Source of the DNA: an uncultured Atribacterota bacterium
Lineage (GTDB): Bacteria; Atribacterota; Phoenicimicrobiia; Phoenicimicrobiales; Phoenicimicrobiaceae
DNA: 34,013 nucleotides
Assembly: GCA_964632105.1 (NCBI GenBank)
Contig: CAZWFH010000003.1
Location: forward strand, 1-34,013
Direction of reading: 5' to 3'
The notes beneath the pieces are model-generated. The model was not told the DNA's origin. It searched no databases and worked only from the letters and a program-made list of their open reading frames with translations. Below are positions 1 through 9,200 of the stretch, one piece after another. Positions within the stretch are counted from its first letter, which is position 1. Each line of letters begins with the position of its first letter. Position numbers and translations under genes: made by a program.

Positions 1-254
1 TTTATTTTCCTATAAAAGAGGGAACGAGTTCTATTTTTGCTGGTTCAGGATTTGAAATTATGAAGAACCAATATTTAGGGAGGCATGGACATATTGCTAT
101 AGCTACTAACGATATTTATAGGGCAATAGCCTACCTAAAAATGAAAGGAATTTCAACCTGTCTCGATACTGCTAAAGAAAAGGAAGGTAAGCTTAAAGCA
201 ATCTATATAGACAGGGAAGTATCAGGATTTGCTATTCATCTTTTGCAAAAATAA
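1..254 (+). CDS. VOC (glyoxalase/dioxygenase fold) family protein, 3' part; 5' end lies outside the window
   Basis: The frame is open from nt 3 through the listed ATG at 60 to the TAA at 252-254, so the ORF-track start is probably internal. [13 protein letters not shown]...[10 protein letters not shown] resembles the last beta-alpha-beta3 module of VOC proteins. This is a weak call from a short fragment. Confidence 0.4.
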   Translation, partial: YFPIKEGTSSIFAGSGFEIMKNQYLGRHGHIAIATNDIYRAIAYLKMKGISTCLDTAKEKEGKLKAIYIDREVSGFAIHLLQK

Positions 255-274
255 TTTTTAAAAAGGAAGGAAAA

Positions 275-1303
275 GTGAAAAAATATATTACTTTTGGTGA
301 AATAATGTTACGGCTTAAACCACCAAATTGGGAAAGATTTTTTCAGAGTCCTCTTTTAGAAGCTACCTTTGGAGGGGGAGAGGCAAATGTAGCCGTTGGA
401 CTGGCCAGGTTTGGCTTGAATGTTGCCTATGTTTCTGTAATTCCTAATAACCCAATTGGCGATGCTTGTGTTAAAGAGCTGAGAAGACAGGGTGTAGATA
501 CTTCGCTTATTGTGAGAAAAGGAAACAGGTTGGGTATCTATTTTTTGGAGGCCGGAGCTAATCAGAGACCCTCCAAGGTTATATACGATCGTTCTCATTC
601 AGCTATTGCTGAGGCGAGTTCTGGCGATATTAGTTGGGACAAGGTATTTGATGGGGCGAGTTGGTTTCATATTACTGGTATTACTCCAGCCATTTCCCTT
701 TCGGCCTCTGAGCTTTCTTTAGAAGCAGTAAAAAAAGCTAGAGAAAAAGGCATTAACATTTCATGTGATCTTAACTTTAGAAAAAAGTTATGGGAGCATG
801 GAAAGTCTGCCCCAGGGGTAATGGGTGAATTAGTTAAGTATATTGATATTGTTATAGGAAACGAAGAAGACTGCCAAGAGTCTCTTGGTGTTAAAGTGGG
901 TGTAGATGTTGAGTCAGGAAGACTTCAAGCAGAAAAGTATAGAGAATTGACTGACAAAGTTCTTGGCTTATATTCTAATATCAAAAAAATTGCCATAACC
1001 TTAAGAGAAAGTCATTCTGCAAACTACAACGGATGGTCAGCAGTGCTTAATAATCGGGAAGAGTTTCTTATTTCAAAAAAGTATGAAATTTACGACATTG
1101 TAGATAGGGTAGGAGCGGGAGATACTTTTGCCGCAGGGTTGATTTATGGTTTCAATAAATTAGATAATGATAAAGAAGCCCTTGAATTTGCGGTAGCAGC
1201 CTCTTGTCTCATGCACTCCATCCCTGGTGATTTACCTTTGCTTTCAGTTGAGGAAGTAAAAAACTTAGCTGGAGGAGCAACATCAGGCAGAGTACAAAGG
1301 TAA
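275..1303 (+). CDS. kdgK: 2-dehydro-3-deoxygluconokinase (PfkB/ribokinase-fold sugar kinase)
   Basis: GTG start follows AGGAAGGA. The N-terminal motif is FGEIMLRL...[15 protein letters not shown] and the C-terminal ATP/anion-hole motif is [16 protein letters not shown]. Length is 342 aa and the context is a pectin locus. Confidence 0.85.
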   Translation: MKKYITFGEIMLRLKPPNWERFFQSPLLEATFGGGEANVAVGLARFGLNVAYVSVIPNNPIGDACVKELRRQGVDTSLIVRKGNRLGIYFLEAGANQRPSKVIYDRSHSAIAEASSGDISWDKVFDGASWFHITGITPAISLSASELSLEAVKKAREKGINISCDLNFRKKLWEHGKSAPGVMGELVKYIDIVIGNEEDCQESLGVKVGVDVESGRLQAEKYRELTDKVLGLYSNIKKIAITLRESHSANYNGWSAVLNNREEFLISKKYEIYDIVDRVGAGDTFAAGLIYGFNKLDNDKEALEFAVAASCLMHSIPGDLPLLSVEEVKNLAGGATSGRVQR

Positions 1304-1314
1304 GATTATTTCTA

Positions 1315-1345
1315 AACTTAAATAGATTGAGCTTTTAAGTTTTTT
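1315..1345 (+). terminator. Weak AT-rich stem-loop plus T-run after kdgK
   Basis: AACTTAAA (1315-1322) pairs with TTTAAGTT (1334-1341) across an 11-nt loop, followed by TTTT. The stem has a single G:C pair, so it is marginal. Confidence 0.3.
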
Positions 1346-1366
1346 GGACAAATCCAGTTGTTACGA

Positions 1367-1396
1367 TTGACATAATTAAAATTTATTGTGTATAAT
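1367..1396 (+). promoter_or_regulatory. Sigma-70-type promoter (TTGACA, 18 nt, TATAAT)
   Basis: Consensus TTGACA at 1367-1372 and TATAAT at 1391-1396. The promoter at 20055-20084 in front of the intact IclR paralogue has the same architecture. Confidence 0.55.
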
Positions 1397-1417
1397 ATAA
1401 GCGTAATATATAGAATA

Positions 1418-1438
1418 TATTTCTATATTATAGAAATA
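1418..1438 (+). promoter_or_regulatory. Perfect 10-1-10 palindrome, candidate IclR/KdgR-type operator
   Basis: TATTTCTATA-T-TATAGAAATA lies about 30 nt downstream of the -10 box and just before the RBS of the decayed regulator. A degenerate copy sits at the equivalent position before the intact paralogue. Confidence 0.45.
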
Positions 1439-1444
1439 AACTAA

Positions 1445-2217
1445 AGGAGAAAAGATAAAAAAACAGAACCTAATTACACCATAAAGGTTTTAAATAAATC
1501 CTTTTCCATTCTTGAGATACTACTCCACGAAGGTTCTGCTATAAATATGACTGAAATCAGTGAAAAATTAGGACTCTATCCCAGCACCACTCACCGTATA
1601 TTAGATACCCTAAAACACTGGGGTTATGTAGAAAAAGATTTCCATACTCAGAAATACCAACTAGGTCTGAAGGCATTAGAATTAGGTATGGCCAAACTTC
1701 ACCAAATGGACCTGGCAAGAGAGGCTACTCCTTATCTAAAAGAACTAGTAAATCAGTGTAACGAAACTGTTCATTTAGGGGTCCTGGAAGAAGAGGTTCT
1801 TTATTTAGCCAAAGAGGAGCCTTCTCAAACAATAAGGATGTGCTCTTACGTGGGTAAAAGAACCCCCTTCACTGTACTGCTTTGGGTAAGGTGCTGTTAG
1901 CCTATCTCCCAGAAGGAGAAAGAAAGAAAATATTAGGCAAAAGAGAACTTCCTCACCTTACGGAGAAGACCATAACTGATAAAGAGGAATTAGAAAAAGA
2001 ACTTAATAAAGTAAAAAAACAAGGCTTTGCTTTAGATAGAGGAGAAAATGAAAAAGATGTTCAATGTATAGCTGCCCCTATTAGGAATTTTCAAGGAAAG
2101 ATAATAGCGGCTATTAGTATCTCTGGCCCTGCTTATCGGGTAGATATTGATAAACAAAATTATCTAAAAGAAGCTCTTATCGAGATGAGTAAAAAGATAT
2201 CTAAAAGATCCAGGTGA
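1445..2217 (+). pseudogene. Decayed IclR-family (kdgR-like) regulator, paralogue of 20146..20973
   Basis: ORFs 1547-1900 and 1882-2217 together align to the whole intact paralogue. A 1-nt loss in the C5 run at 1863-1867 shifts the frame (GKRTPFTVLL instead of GKRAPLHCTALGK). Codons for the first ~30 aa are present in frame from 1454 (KKTEPNYTIKVLNKSFSILE) but have no ATG/GTG/TTG; ATA sits where the paralogue has ATG. One codon is missing in EEGEVMYL. Confidence 0.8.
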
Positions 2218-2486
2218 AAAAATAGATAAAATTTAATTAAGTGTAAAGGGAAGTTTTTAGGTTATTTTTAAGAGTTCACTTTTAATTTCTAAATGACAAG
2301 GTAATTCGGGTAGGTGATGGATTTAAAATAGAATTAACTTCCGTAATATAAAATAAAAAGTTAAGTAAGATATCATAAATTGCTGATGTAATCAGCAAAA
2401 TATTACTTTTGGGGGTGATAAAAGAAGGGGAGGATTATGAAAGCTTGAGTATGTTGAAGTAATTTAGCCGAAGATGTTTTTTGGTT

Positions 2487-2501
2487 GAAAGGGGGTGATC
2501 A
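2487..2501 (+). promoter_or_regulatory. Orphan extended Shine-Dalgarno-like element in the ABC-operon leader
   Basis: GAAAGGGGGTGATCA matches 13 of 15 positions of the complement of the conserved 16S rRNA 3' tail (GAAAGGAGGTGATCC). It serves only a 4-codon ORF (ATG ACA AAT CCT TAA, 2510-2524). A related GGGGGTGAT lies exactly 80 nt upstream (2411-2419). Confidence 0.35.
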
Positions 2502-2595
2502 TATTTTTTATGACAAATCCTTAAAATAACAGGGATTTGACGATATAAATAGAAGGATTTTTGACATTACTTCAAATTAAAAAAGGAGAATTAAA

Positions 2596-3879
2596 ATGAA
2601 AAAACAAATTTTTTTGACAGTATTTGTTGTGTTTGCCTTGATAATATCTTTATCATTGTCCGGTTATGCTGGGAAGACTACCTTGAGAGTTATGTGGTGG
2701 GGTTCACAAACCAGACATGAAAGAACACAACAGGTTATTAAATTGTTTGAGGAAAAATATCCTGACATTGATGTTAAACCTGAATTCACAAGTTGGGATG
2801 GTTATTGGGATAAGATTGATGTCCAGATAGCAGGAGGAAACATGGCTGATATAGTTCAGCATGTCCGTAAATATGTAACAGAGTATGTTAATAATGATGT
2901 TTTACTTGATTTAACACCTTATGTAGAGAGTGGAGAATTAAATGTTAAAGATGTCCCTAAAGTTCTACGTGAAACGGAAAGAATTAAAGGCGTGTTAGCT
3001 GGCATACCTTTAGGAGTAAATGCGGCAGGTTTTATTTATGATTCAGAATTACTTGCAAAAGCAGGCATTAAGGAAATTGATCCTAATTGGACCTGGGAAG
3101 ATTATTTTAAAATCTGTAAGACTGTAAAAGAAAAGCTAGGTATATTCGCATCAGATACCTTAGCTGCTATGGAGACAGCTGTAGGATTTATGGTCTTCTT
3201 GAGGCAGCATGGTTTAGAATTATATAATGAAGATGGGACCGGCCTTGGATATGATGATGATAATCTATATGTAGAATTTGTTGGCATGGATATGAAAGGT
3301 ATTGAAGATGGTTTATTCCTACCTCCTTCCATAAGACAGGAAGTAACAAAAAAGGTTGAAAGTTCTGGCGTCTGCACTCAGAAGGCTGCCCTCAACTCAA
3401 ATCACTGGAGTAATCAGCTGGCTGCTTTAAGTAATTCAGCAGGAAAACAACTGGCAATTACAACATATCCTAAAGGTAAAGACCAGGTTCAGGAAGGGCT
3501 ATTTATTAAACCTTCGCAGATGTGGGCCGTAAATAAAAAGACTGATAAAGTTGATGCAGTCCTTAAATTTCTGAATTTCTGGTTTAATGATATCGAAGCT
3601 GCTAAGATACTTGGAACAGAGAGAGGTATCCCGGTCTCTACTGCCGTAAAAGAAGCATTAAAACCGACCTTAAGTGGAAACGATAAAGTAGTATTTGAAT
3701 ATCTTGACCTGGCAGCTGAACATTCCTCCCCGCTTGGTCCTCCACAACCAGCGCCACATAAGGAAATTGTTGCAATATTTAGCGAGGTGCTATATAAAGC
3801 TCTTTACAAGGTTGAAACTTTAGAAGAAGCTGCAGCAGAATTTAGAGCTAAAGCTACCGAGTTATTAGAAAATCAATAA
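2596..3879 (+). CDS. ABC transporter extracellular solute-binding protein (family 1 sugar/oligosaccharide type), probably pectic oligomer uptake
   Basis: AAGGAGA RBS. Signal peptide MKKQIFLTVFVVFALIISLSLSGYA without a lipobox Cys. Length is 427 aa, with the TLRVMWWGSQ and W.GYWDK motifs typical of CUT1 SBPs, followed by two permeases. Confidence 0.8.
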   Translation: MKKQIFLTVFVVFALIISLSLSGYAGKTTLRVMWWGSQTRHERTQQVIKLFEEKYPDIDVKPEFTSWDGYWDKIDVQIAGGNMADIVQHVRKYVTEYVNNDVLLDLTPYVESGELNVKDVPKVLRETERIKGVLAGIPLGVNAAGFIYDSELLAKAGIKEIDPNWTWEDYFKICKTVKEKLGIFASDTLAAMETAVGFMVFLRQHGLELYNEDGTGLGYDDDNLYVEFVGMDMKGIEDGLFLPPSIRQEVTKKVESSGVCTQKAALNSNHWSNQLAALSNSAGKQLAITTYPKGKDQVQEGLFIKPSQMWAVNKKTDKVDAVLKFLNFWFNDIEAAKILGTERGIPVSTAVKEALKPTLSGNDKVVFEYLDLAAEHSSPLGPPQPAPHKEIVAIFSEVLYKALYKVETLEEAAAEFRAKATELLENQ

Positions 3880-3900
3880 AAGATAAGGTGTTGCATATTA

Positions 3901-3938
3901 CCTATGGGTTAACAGAATATATTCTGTTAACCCATAGG
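3901..3938 (+). promoter_or_regulatory. Perfect 38-nt palindrome (about 17-bp stem) between the SBP and permease genes
   Basis: CCTATGGGTTAACAGAATA/TATTCTGTTAACCCATAGG, with no trailing T-run. The position fits an intra-operon mRNA-stabilising or attenuating hairpin that uncouples SBP and permease expression. Confidence 0.6.
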
Positions 3939-3982
3939 ATACTACATGTAAGGGGGATGATCAAAACTGAAAGGACAGGTAA

Positions 3983-4921
3983 GTGGTTTTGTTGTTACAG
4001 GTTAAAGCATTTTTTAGCCATAAAAGGAAAAAGTTATTAAAAGATAATTTAGCAGGATATCTATTTATTAGCCCCTGGATTATTGGATTTCTAGCCTTTA
4101 TGGCTTATCCCATGATTTTGTCATTATATTATTCTCTTACTAACTATAATTTATTTTCTCCTCCGGTATGGATTGGTCTACAAAATTATATTGAAATAAT
4201 AAAAAATGATCCAAAATTTTTAAACTCACTCAAAGTTACATTGATGTATGTAGCGGCAAGTATTCCTCTAAGACTGGTATTTGCCCTAGTTTTAGCTTTA
4301 TTGTTTTATAAGGCCAGTAAAATGATCGATTTTTATCGGGCTGTTTACTATATACCTTCTATCTTAGGAGGCAGTGTGGCCATAGCAGTAATCTGGCGAG
4401 AGTTATTCGGTTATTATGGTGCTTTAAATAATATTTTAATGGCTTCTGGATTAATGGAACAGCGCTTTTCCTGGATAGGCAATCCCAACACAGCACTTTT
4501 AACCCTTATTGCATTGGCTGTTTGGCAATTTGGTTCTCCAATGATCATTTTTCTGGCAGGGTTAAAAGCGATACCAGTTAGTCTTTACGAATCAGCTTCG
4601 ATTGATGGGGCTGGTTGGTGGCACAAATTTTACAGGATAACTCTACCGATGCTGACACCTGTGATATTCTTTAATTTAATTATGCAGATCATCAGATTAT
4701 TTCTAATTTTTACACGGGCCTATATCATTACCGGGGGTGGCCCTATGAGTAAAACAGAGGTCTATGCACTCTATTTGTTTAGAGAGGGTATACGATATCA
4801 CCGATTTGGTTATGCATCTGCCCTGGGCTGGATATTACTGATAGTAATAGCCATAATAACATTCATTATATTCAAAACATCTAACCGCTGGGTTTATTAT
4901 GAAACAAAGGGGGAATTGTAA
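3983..4921 (+). CDS. ABC sugar transporter permease (MalF/LplB-like)
   Basis: Six predicted hydrophobic spans. The EAA-type loop is ESASIDGAGWWHKFYRITLPML. The start codon (GTG 3983) is uncertain. Confidence 0.8.
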   Translation: MVLLLQVKAFFSHKRKKLLKDNLAGYLFISPWIIGFLAFMAYPMILSLYYSLTNYNLFSPPVWIGLQNYIEIIKNDPKFLNSLKVTLMYVAASIPLRLVFALVLALLFYKASKMIDFYRAVYYIPSILGGSVAIAVIWRELFGYYGALNNILMASGLMEQRFSWIGNPNTALLTLIALAVWQFGSPMIIFLAGLKAIPVSLYESASIDGAGWWHKFYRITLPMLTPVIFFNLIMQIIRLFLIFTRAYIITGGGPMSKTEVYALYLFREGIRYHRFGYASALGWILLIVIAIITFIIFKTSNRWVYYETKGEL

Positions 4922-4924
4922 CTG

Positions 4925-5782
4925 ATGAATTTAAGCATTTCAGCTAGAAATAGAAAAAGATTAGGTGGTATTGTTTTTCATACAATTGTATTTTTCTTTG
5001 GTGTAATTATGCTTTATCCTTTATTATGGATGGTAATAGGTTCTTTTAAATCTTCGGGAAATGCCTTAACTTCCACATTAATTCCAGATTACTTTAATTT
5101 CGGGAATTATGCTGATGGCTGGAGAGGGTTTGGAGGAGATGAAACATTTGCGAGATATTTTAGGAATTCATTTGTTATCTCTAGTATATCCACATTAGGT
5201 CAGGTTTCACTGGCAGCAATTACAGCTTATGGTTTTGCGAGGATTAAATTTACTGGTAATAAAATTTGTTTTTCAATAATGGTTATAACACTGTTATTAC
5301 CTGCTCAAATATTAAGGATACCTCAGTATATAATGTTTAACCAAATAGGATGGATGGATACCTATTTACCAATAATATTACCAGGGTTTTTCCCTCTTCC
5401 TTTTTTTATTTTTTTAATAGTTCAATTTATCAGGGGTATACCGAAAGAATTAGATGAAGCAGCTCGAATAGATGGTTGTGGGTATTTTGGTATTTTTTTC
5501 AGGATATTGTTGCCTAATTTAAAGCCGGTACTAATAACAGGAACAATATTTTCTTTTTACTGGAGCTGGAATGAGTTTATGACTCCATTACTTTATCTCC
5601 AGACACCTGCAAAATATCCTGTTTCTGTAGCCTTGCACTTATTCTCTGACCCCGGTACAATAACTAACTGGAGTGCTATGTTTGCTATGTCTACATTATC
5701 TATAATTCCGCTATTTTTGATTTTCCTTTTCTTCCAGAAATACTTAGTTGAAGGGGTAGTTACTTCCGGTATGAAAGGATAA
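4925..5782 (+). CDS. ABC sugar transporter permease (MalG/LplC-like)
   Basis: Starts 3 nt after the previous stop. The EAA loop is DEAARIDGCGYFGIFFRILLPNLKP and the profile is hydrophobic. Confidence 0.8.
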   Translation: MNLSISARNRKRLGGIVFHTIVFFFGVIMLYPLLWMVIGSFKSSGNALTSTLIPDYFNFGNYADGWRGFGGDETFARYFRNSFVISSISTLGQVSLAAITAYGFARIKFTGNKICFSIMVITLLLPAQILRIPQYIMFNQIGWMDTYLPIILPGFFPLPFFIFLIVQFIRGIPKELDEAARIDGCGYFGIFFRILLPNLKPVLITGTIFSFYWSWNEFMTPLLYLQTPAKYPVSVALHLFSDPGTITNWSAMFAMSTLSIIPLFLIFLFFQKYLVEGVVTSGMKG

Positions 5783-5809
5783 TTTGTAGATTAACAGGTT
5801 CCATTATAG

Positions 5810-6144
5810 ACTTCTCCTGGCTGGAGAGGGAGGGACTTGTGCTCTTTCTCTAAGGAGCTATCAAATCCCCTGAGGTAGAAAACGATAAGCTTTTAGGAGA
5901 TATAATTATCTCTATAGAGATTGCTCAAAGGCAGGCAGATACCTTAAATCATAGCATGGAAAAAGAATTAACGGTATTATTAATTCATGGCTTATTACAC
6001 TTAACGGGTTATGATCATGAAAAAGACAAAGATTATAAAATTATGCGAGAAAAAAAGAGTGAAATGTTGATAAGATTTGCTTGTTATTTACTTTTTTTAG
6101 GTTATTTTAACACAAAAAGTAAATATGTAGAAAAAAATACTTAG
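5810..6144 (+). pseudogene. ybeY: Fragment of ybeY (endoribonuclease YbeY), N-terminally truncated and disrupted
   Basis: The zinc motif HGLLHLTGYDH (5986-6018) is preceded by LLGDIIISIEIAQRQA in the same frame, which is stopped by TAA at 5851-5853. A WRGRDLCSFS stretch resembling the yRGkD.pTDVLSFP block lies in another frame. About 55 N-terminal residues are absent. Confidence 0.65.
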
Positions 6145-6267
6145 CATAAATTTGCTGAACGAAAAGAGATAAAAAATTGGGGGGAGGTGAGTTGTAAGCC
6201 TACTAAAATATTTGCTTTTAGTTAGTATGTAAAATTTTATTTTAAAAAATAAAAGGAGAGATTATTA

Positions 6268-9200
6268 ATGTTAAAAAGCAAGACAATATTAATTTTAATA
6301 TTAGCAATTAGTTTAGTAATGGTAATGTTTAGTTTTGGGTTTGCTGCTGAAAAGCAATTTTTGGCTACCGCTACTGGTGATTGGGAAGATAGTTTCTTTG
6401 GCGATGTTGGTGGAAATGACAAAATCACCGAAGAAAACTATGAAATCACAGAAAATGAAGATGGAACTGTTACCATGAGAGTTTCTAATAACAGAGGTAA
6501 GATTGCTAGTAGTACAGAAGGATTAGCTTATTATTTCAAGGAATTACCTGCTGATTTGAATTTTGAAATGTCAGCAACAGCCACTGTTGAATCCTTTGAA
6601 ATTAATAATCAAGTATCTTTCGGCTTAATGCTTCGAGATGAGGTATTGATAAATGAATATAACAAGGATACCTTTGGGAATTCTCTTGCTGTAGGACCTA
6701 TCAATGTAAAGAAAGATATGCCCCAAATATCATTTAACAGAACTGAATCAGGATTAGTAAAACAAGGTGATATGATAAATGAAGTCGTACCTGGTCCTGG
6801 AAGTGTCTATGATCTTAGTATCAAAAAATCTGGAAATATTTTTATATTAACTTTTGGAAATGAAGAACCTGTTGTACTTGAAAACTTTGTTTTTGAAGGC
6901 GATAAGCTCTATGCAGGTCTTTATGCTGTAAGAAATACGACAGTTGTTTTCAGTGACTTTGATATTAAAGTTAATGCAAGAAAAGTAAGTGAATTGAAAA
7001 TGGATACAAGTTTGATGAAAATAGAATATCTACTTGAAGAAAGCTTAGATTTAACAGGTATAGAAGTTGCAGCTGTATATTCTGATGGCAGTGAAGTAGT
7101 TCTTTCAGAGGAAGATTATATAGTGACTGGTTTTGATAGCAATGAAGCAGGAATCAATACAATATCAATTAATTTTAACGGAGTAACTAAAACTATTGAT
7201 CTTACAATTAATTCTTTAACTTGTACAGGTTTGGAAATTAAATATTTCCCGGCAAAATCGGATTATTATATAGGTGATCAATTCGATCCAGAAGGTCTTG
7301 TTGTAATAGCGGACTATAATGATGGATATAAAGCTGAAGAGCTTACAAGTGAGCTATATACTTTATCTATCTCAGGAGAAGATGTATCTGATTATGTTTT
7401 TGATACTTCAGGAACAAAATCTGTTACAGTAACATCAACAGAAACACCTGAAACGTCTATAGCATTTGACGTAGAGGTTAGTGATGCTGTTATTACTGGC
7501 TTAGAAATTATAAAATTACCAAAAGTAACACTCTATTATTTAGGCGATGAATTAGACCTTGATGGTATGATCGTATATGCAAGTTACAGTGATGGTAATG
7601 AAGCAAGACTCATGAAAGATGAATACACAGTATCTGCTCTAGATACAACTAACCCAAGTGAAAAAGAAGTCATTATTTCACATAAAGGCAAAACGGCCGT
7701 ATTAACTCTTACAGTTAAAGAAAAAGAGTTTGTAGGTATTGAAATAACAAACTATTCTAAAACGACTTATTATACAGGTGAAGCTTTTGGTGTTGCTGGA
7801 TTAGAAGTTTCAAAAGTTTATGATAATCTTGACAAAGAAGTTCTAAATAAGAATGATTATACAGTTGATTCATCAGCTTTTAATGGATCAGAAGTTGGAA
7901 CATATGATATCGTAATTGTTCCTAATGATACTAGTATAGACCCTATTGTTTATAAAGTAACAGTAAGAGAACAAACTGAATTTGAATGGAACTTTAGATT
8001 TTTTGGTCAATCTTCATCAAGTAGTAAAAATTTCTGTGAAGAAAGAGAAGATGGAACCATTTGGCTTCAAGCTTTAGAAGGTGGCGGTAAAGTTACTGGA
8101 GACCACGACGGTATCTCTTTCTACTATACTGAAATTGATGCCGCAAAAGATAATTTTGTATTATCTGCAGATATAAAGGTTGTTGAGTATGCAAAGAAAC
8201 CCCATGATGGTCAGGAATCCTTTGGAATTATGGCAAGAGATGCAACCAATAAGCATGGTGATTCCAGTGTATTCGCTTCTAATATAGTAGCTATTGGTGG
8301 CTATAGTGGCCGCACAACAAATCCTAATGGAACTCAAGTATTCATTAGAACAGGTATAGAATCTTCTGACGGTGCAGGTAGTCAAGGCATCCAAAGCATT
8401 ATGTTAAAAGATGAAAAACCTGTAACAAAGAATACATATCCTGCTGCAGATTACAGACTTAGACTTGCTAAAACAAATAGTGGGTTCACAGGACAACTTA
8501 ATGATGGAGAAGAAGTCATATTCTTTGAACCAGAAATATTAAATGTTCAAGACTCCAAGATATATGTAGGTTTCTATACTGCTCGTATTGCAACGATTGA
8601 AGTAAGCAATATAAAATTTAATGTAACAGCAGCAAAAACAGATGCTCCGCAAATTGAGCCTCCAGTAGAAGCAGTTACACCTGAATTTGAATTTTTATCT
8701 CTCGATAAAGTTTCAAAGACAGAGTATGATTTGATGGTTAGATCTAATGTAAAAGGAACTGTTACAGTTAAACAAGATCAAGAAGTTATTGCTCAAGAGG
8801 TAGAAGTTGAAGCAGGAAAAATTCTTGTTATACCTACAACAATTGGTGCAAACAGCGATAATGGTTTTAGTATAACATTCTTACCAGAGGATACACAATA
8901 TTTAACATCTTACGATAAGATAGTTAATAACTACACAGTAACTATGAAAACATTTGTTGAAGGTGGAGATATCTATGTATCACCAGCAGGTACAAGTGAG
9001 GGGAACGGTTCAGAGGAAAATCCTCTTGACATTGATACAGCTATTGACTTTGTAAAAGAAGGTCAAAAGATCATTGTACTTAATGGACATTATGTACGTA
9101 ATTCAAATATTGAAATTAGAAAATACAATGATGGTAGAGTAGATGCAATGAAATACCTCGTTGCAGGTGAAGGTGCAAAACCTGTTTTTGACTTTGATAA

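Noticed and set aside
1307-1330. TATTTCTAAACTTAAATAGATTGA as an additional operator copy.
   Set aside because: Only the left half matches. The right half matches 5 of 8 positions and the spacing differs. It overlaps the weak kdgK terminator stem.
1863-1867. Programmed frameshifting, or a simple homopolymer sequencing error, in the IclR copy.
   Set aside because: There is no slippery heptamer or downstream structure for programmed shifting. A sequencing error at the C5 run cannot be excluded. The independent loss of the start codon and a missing codon argue for true decay. I kept it as a pseudogene with a caveat.
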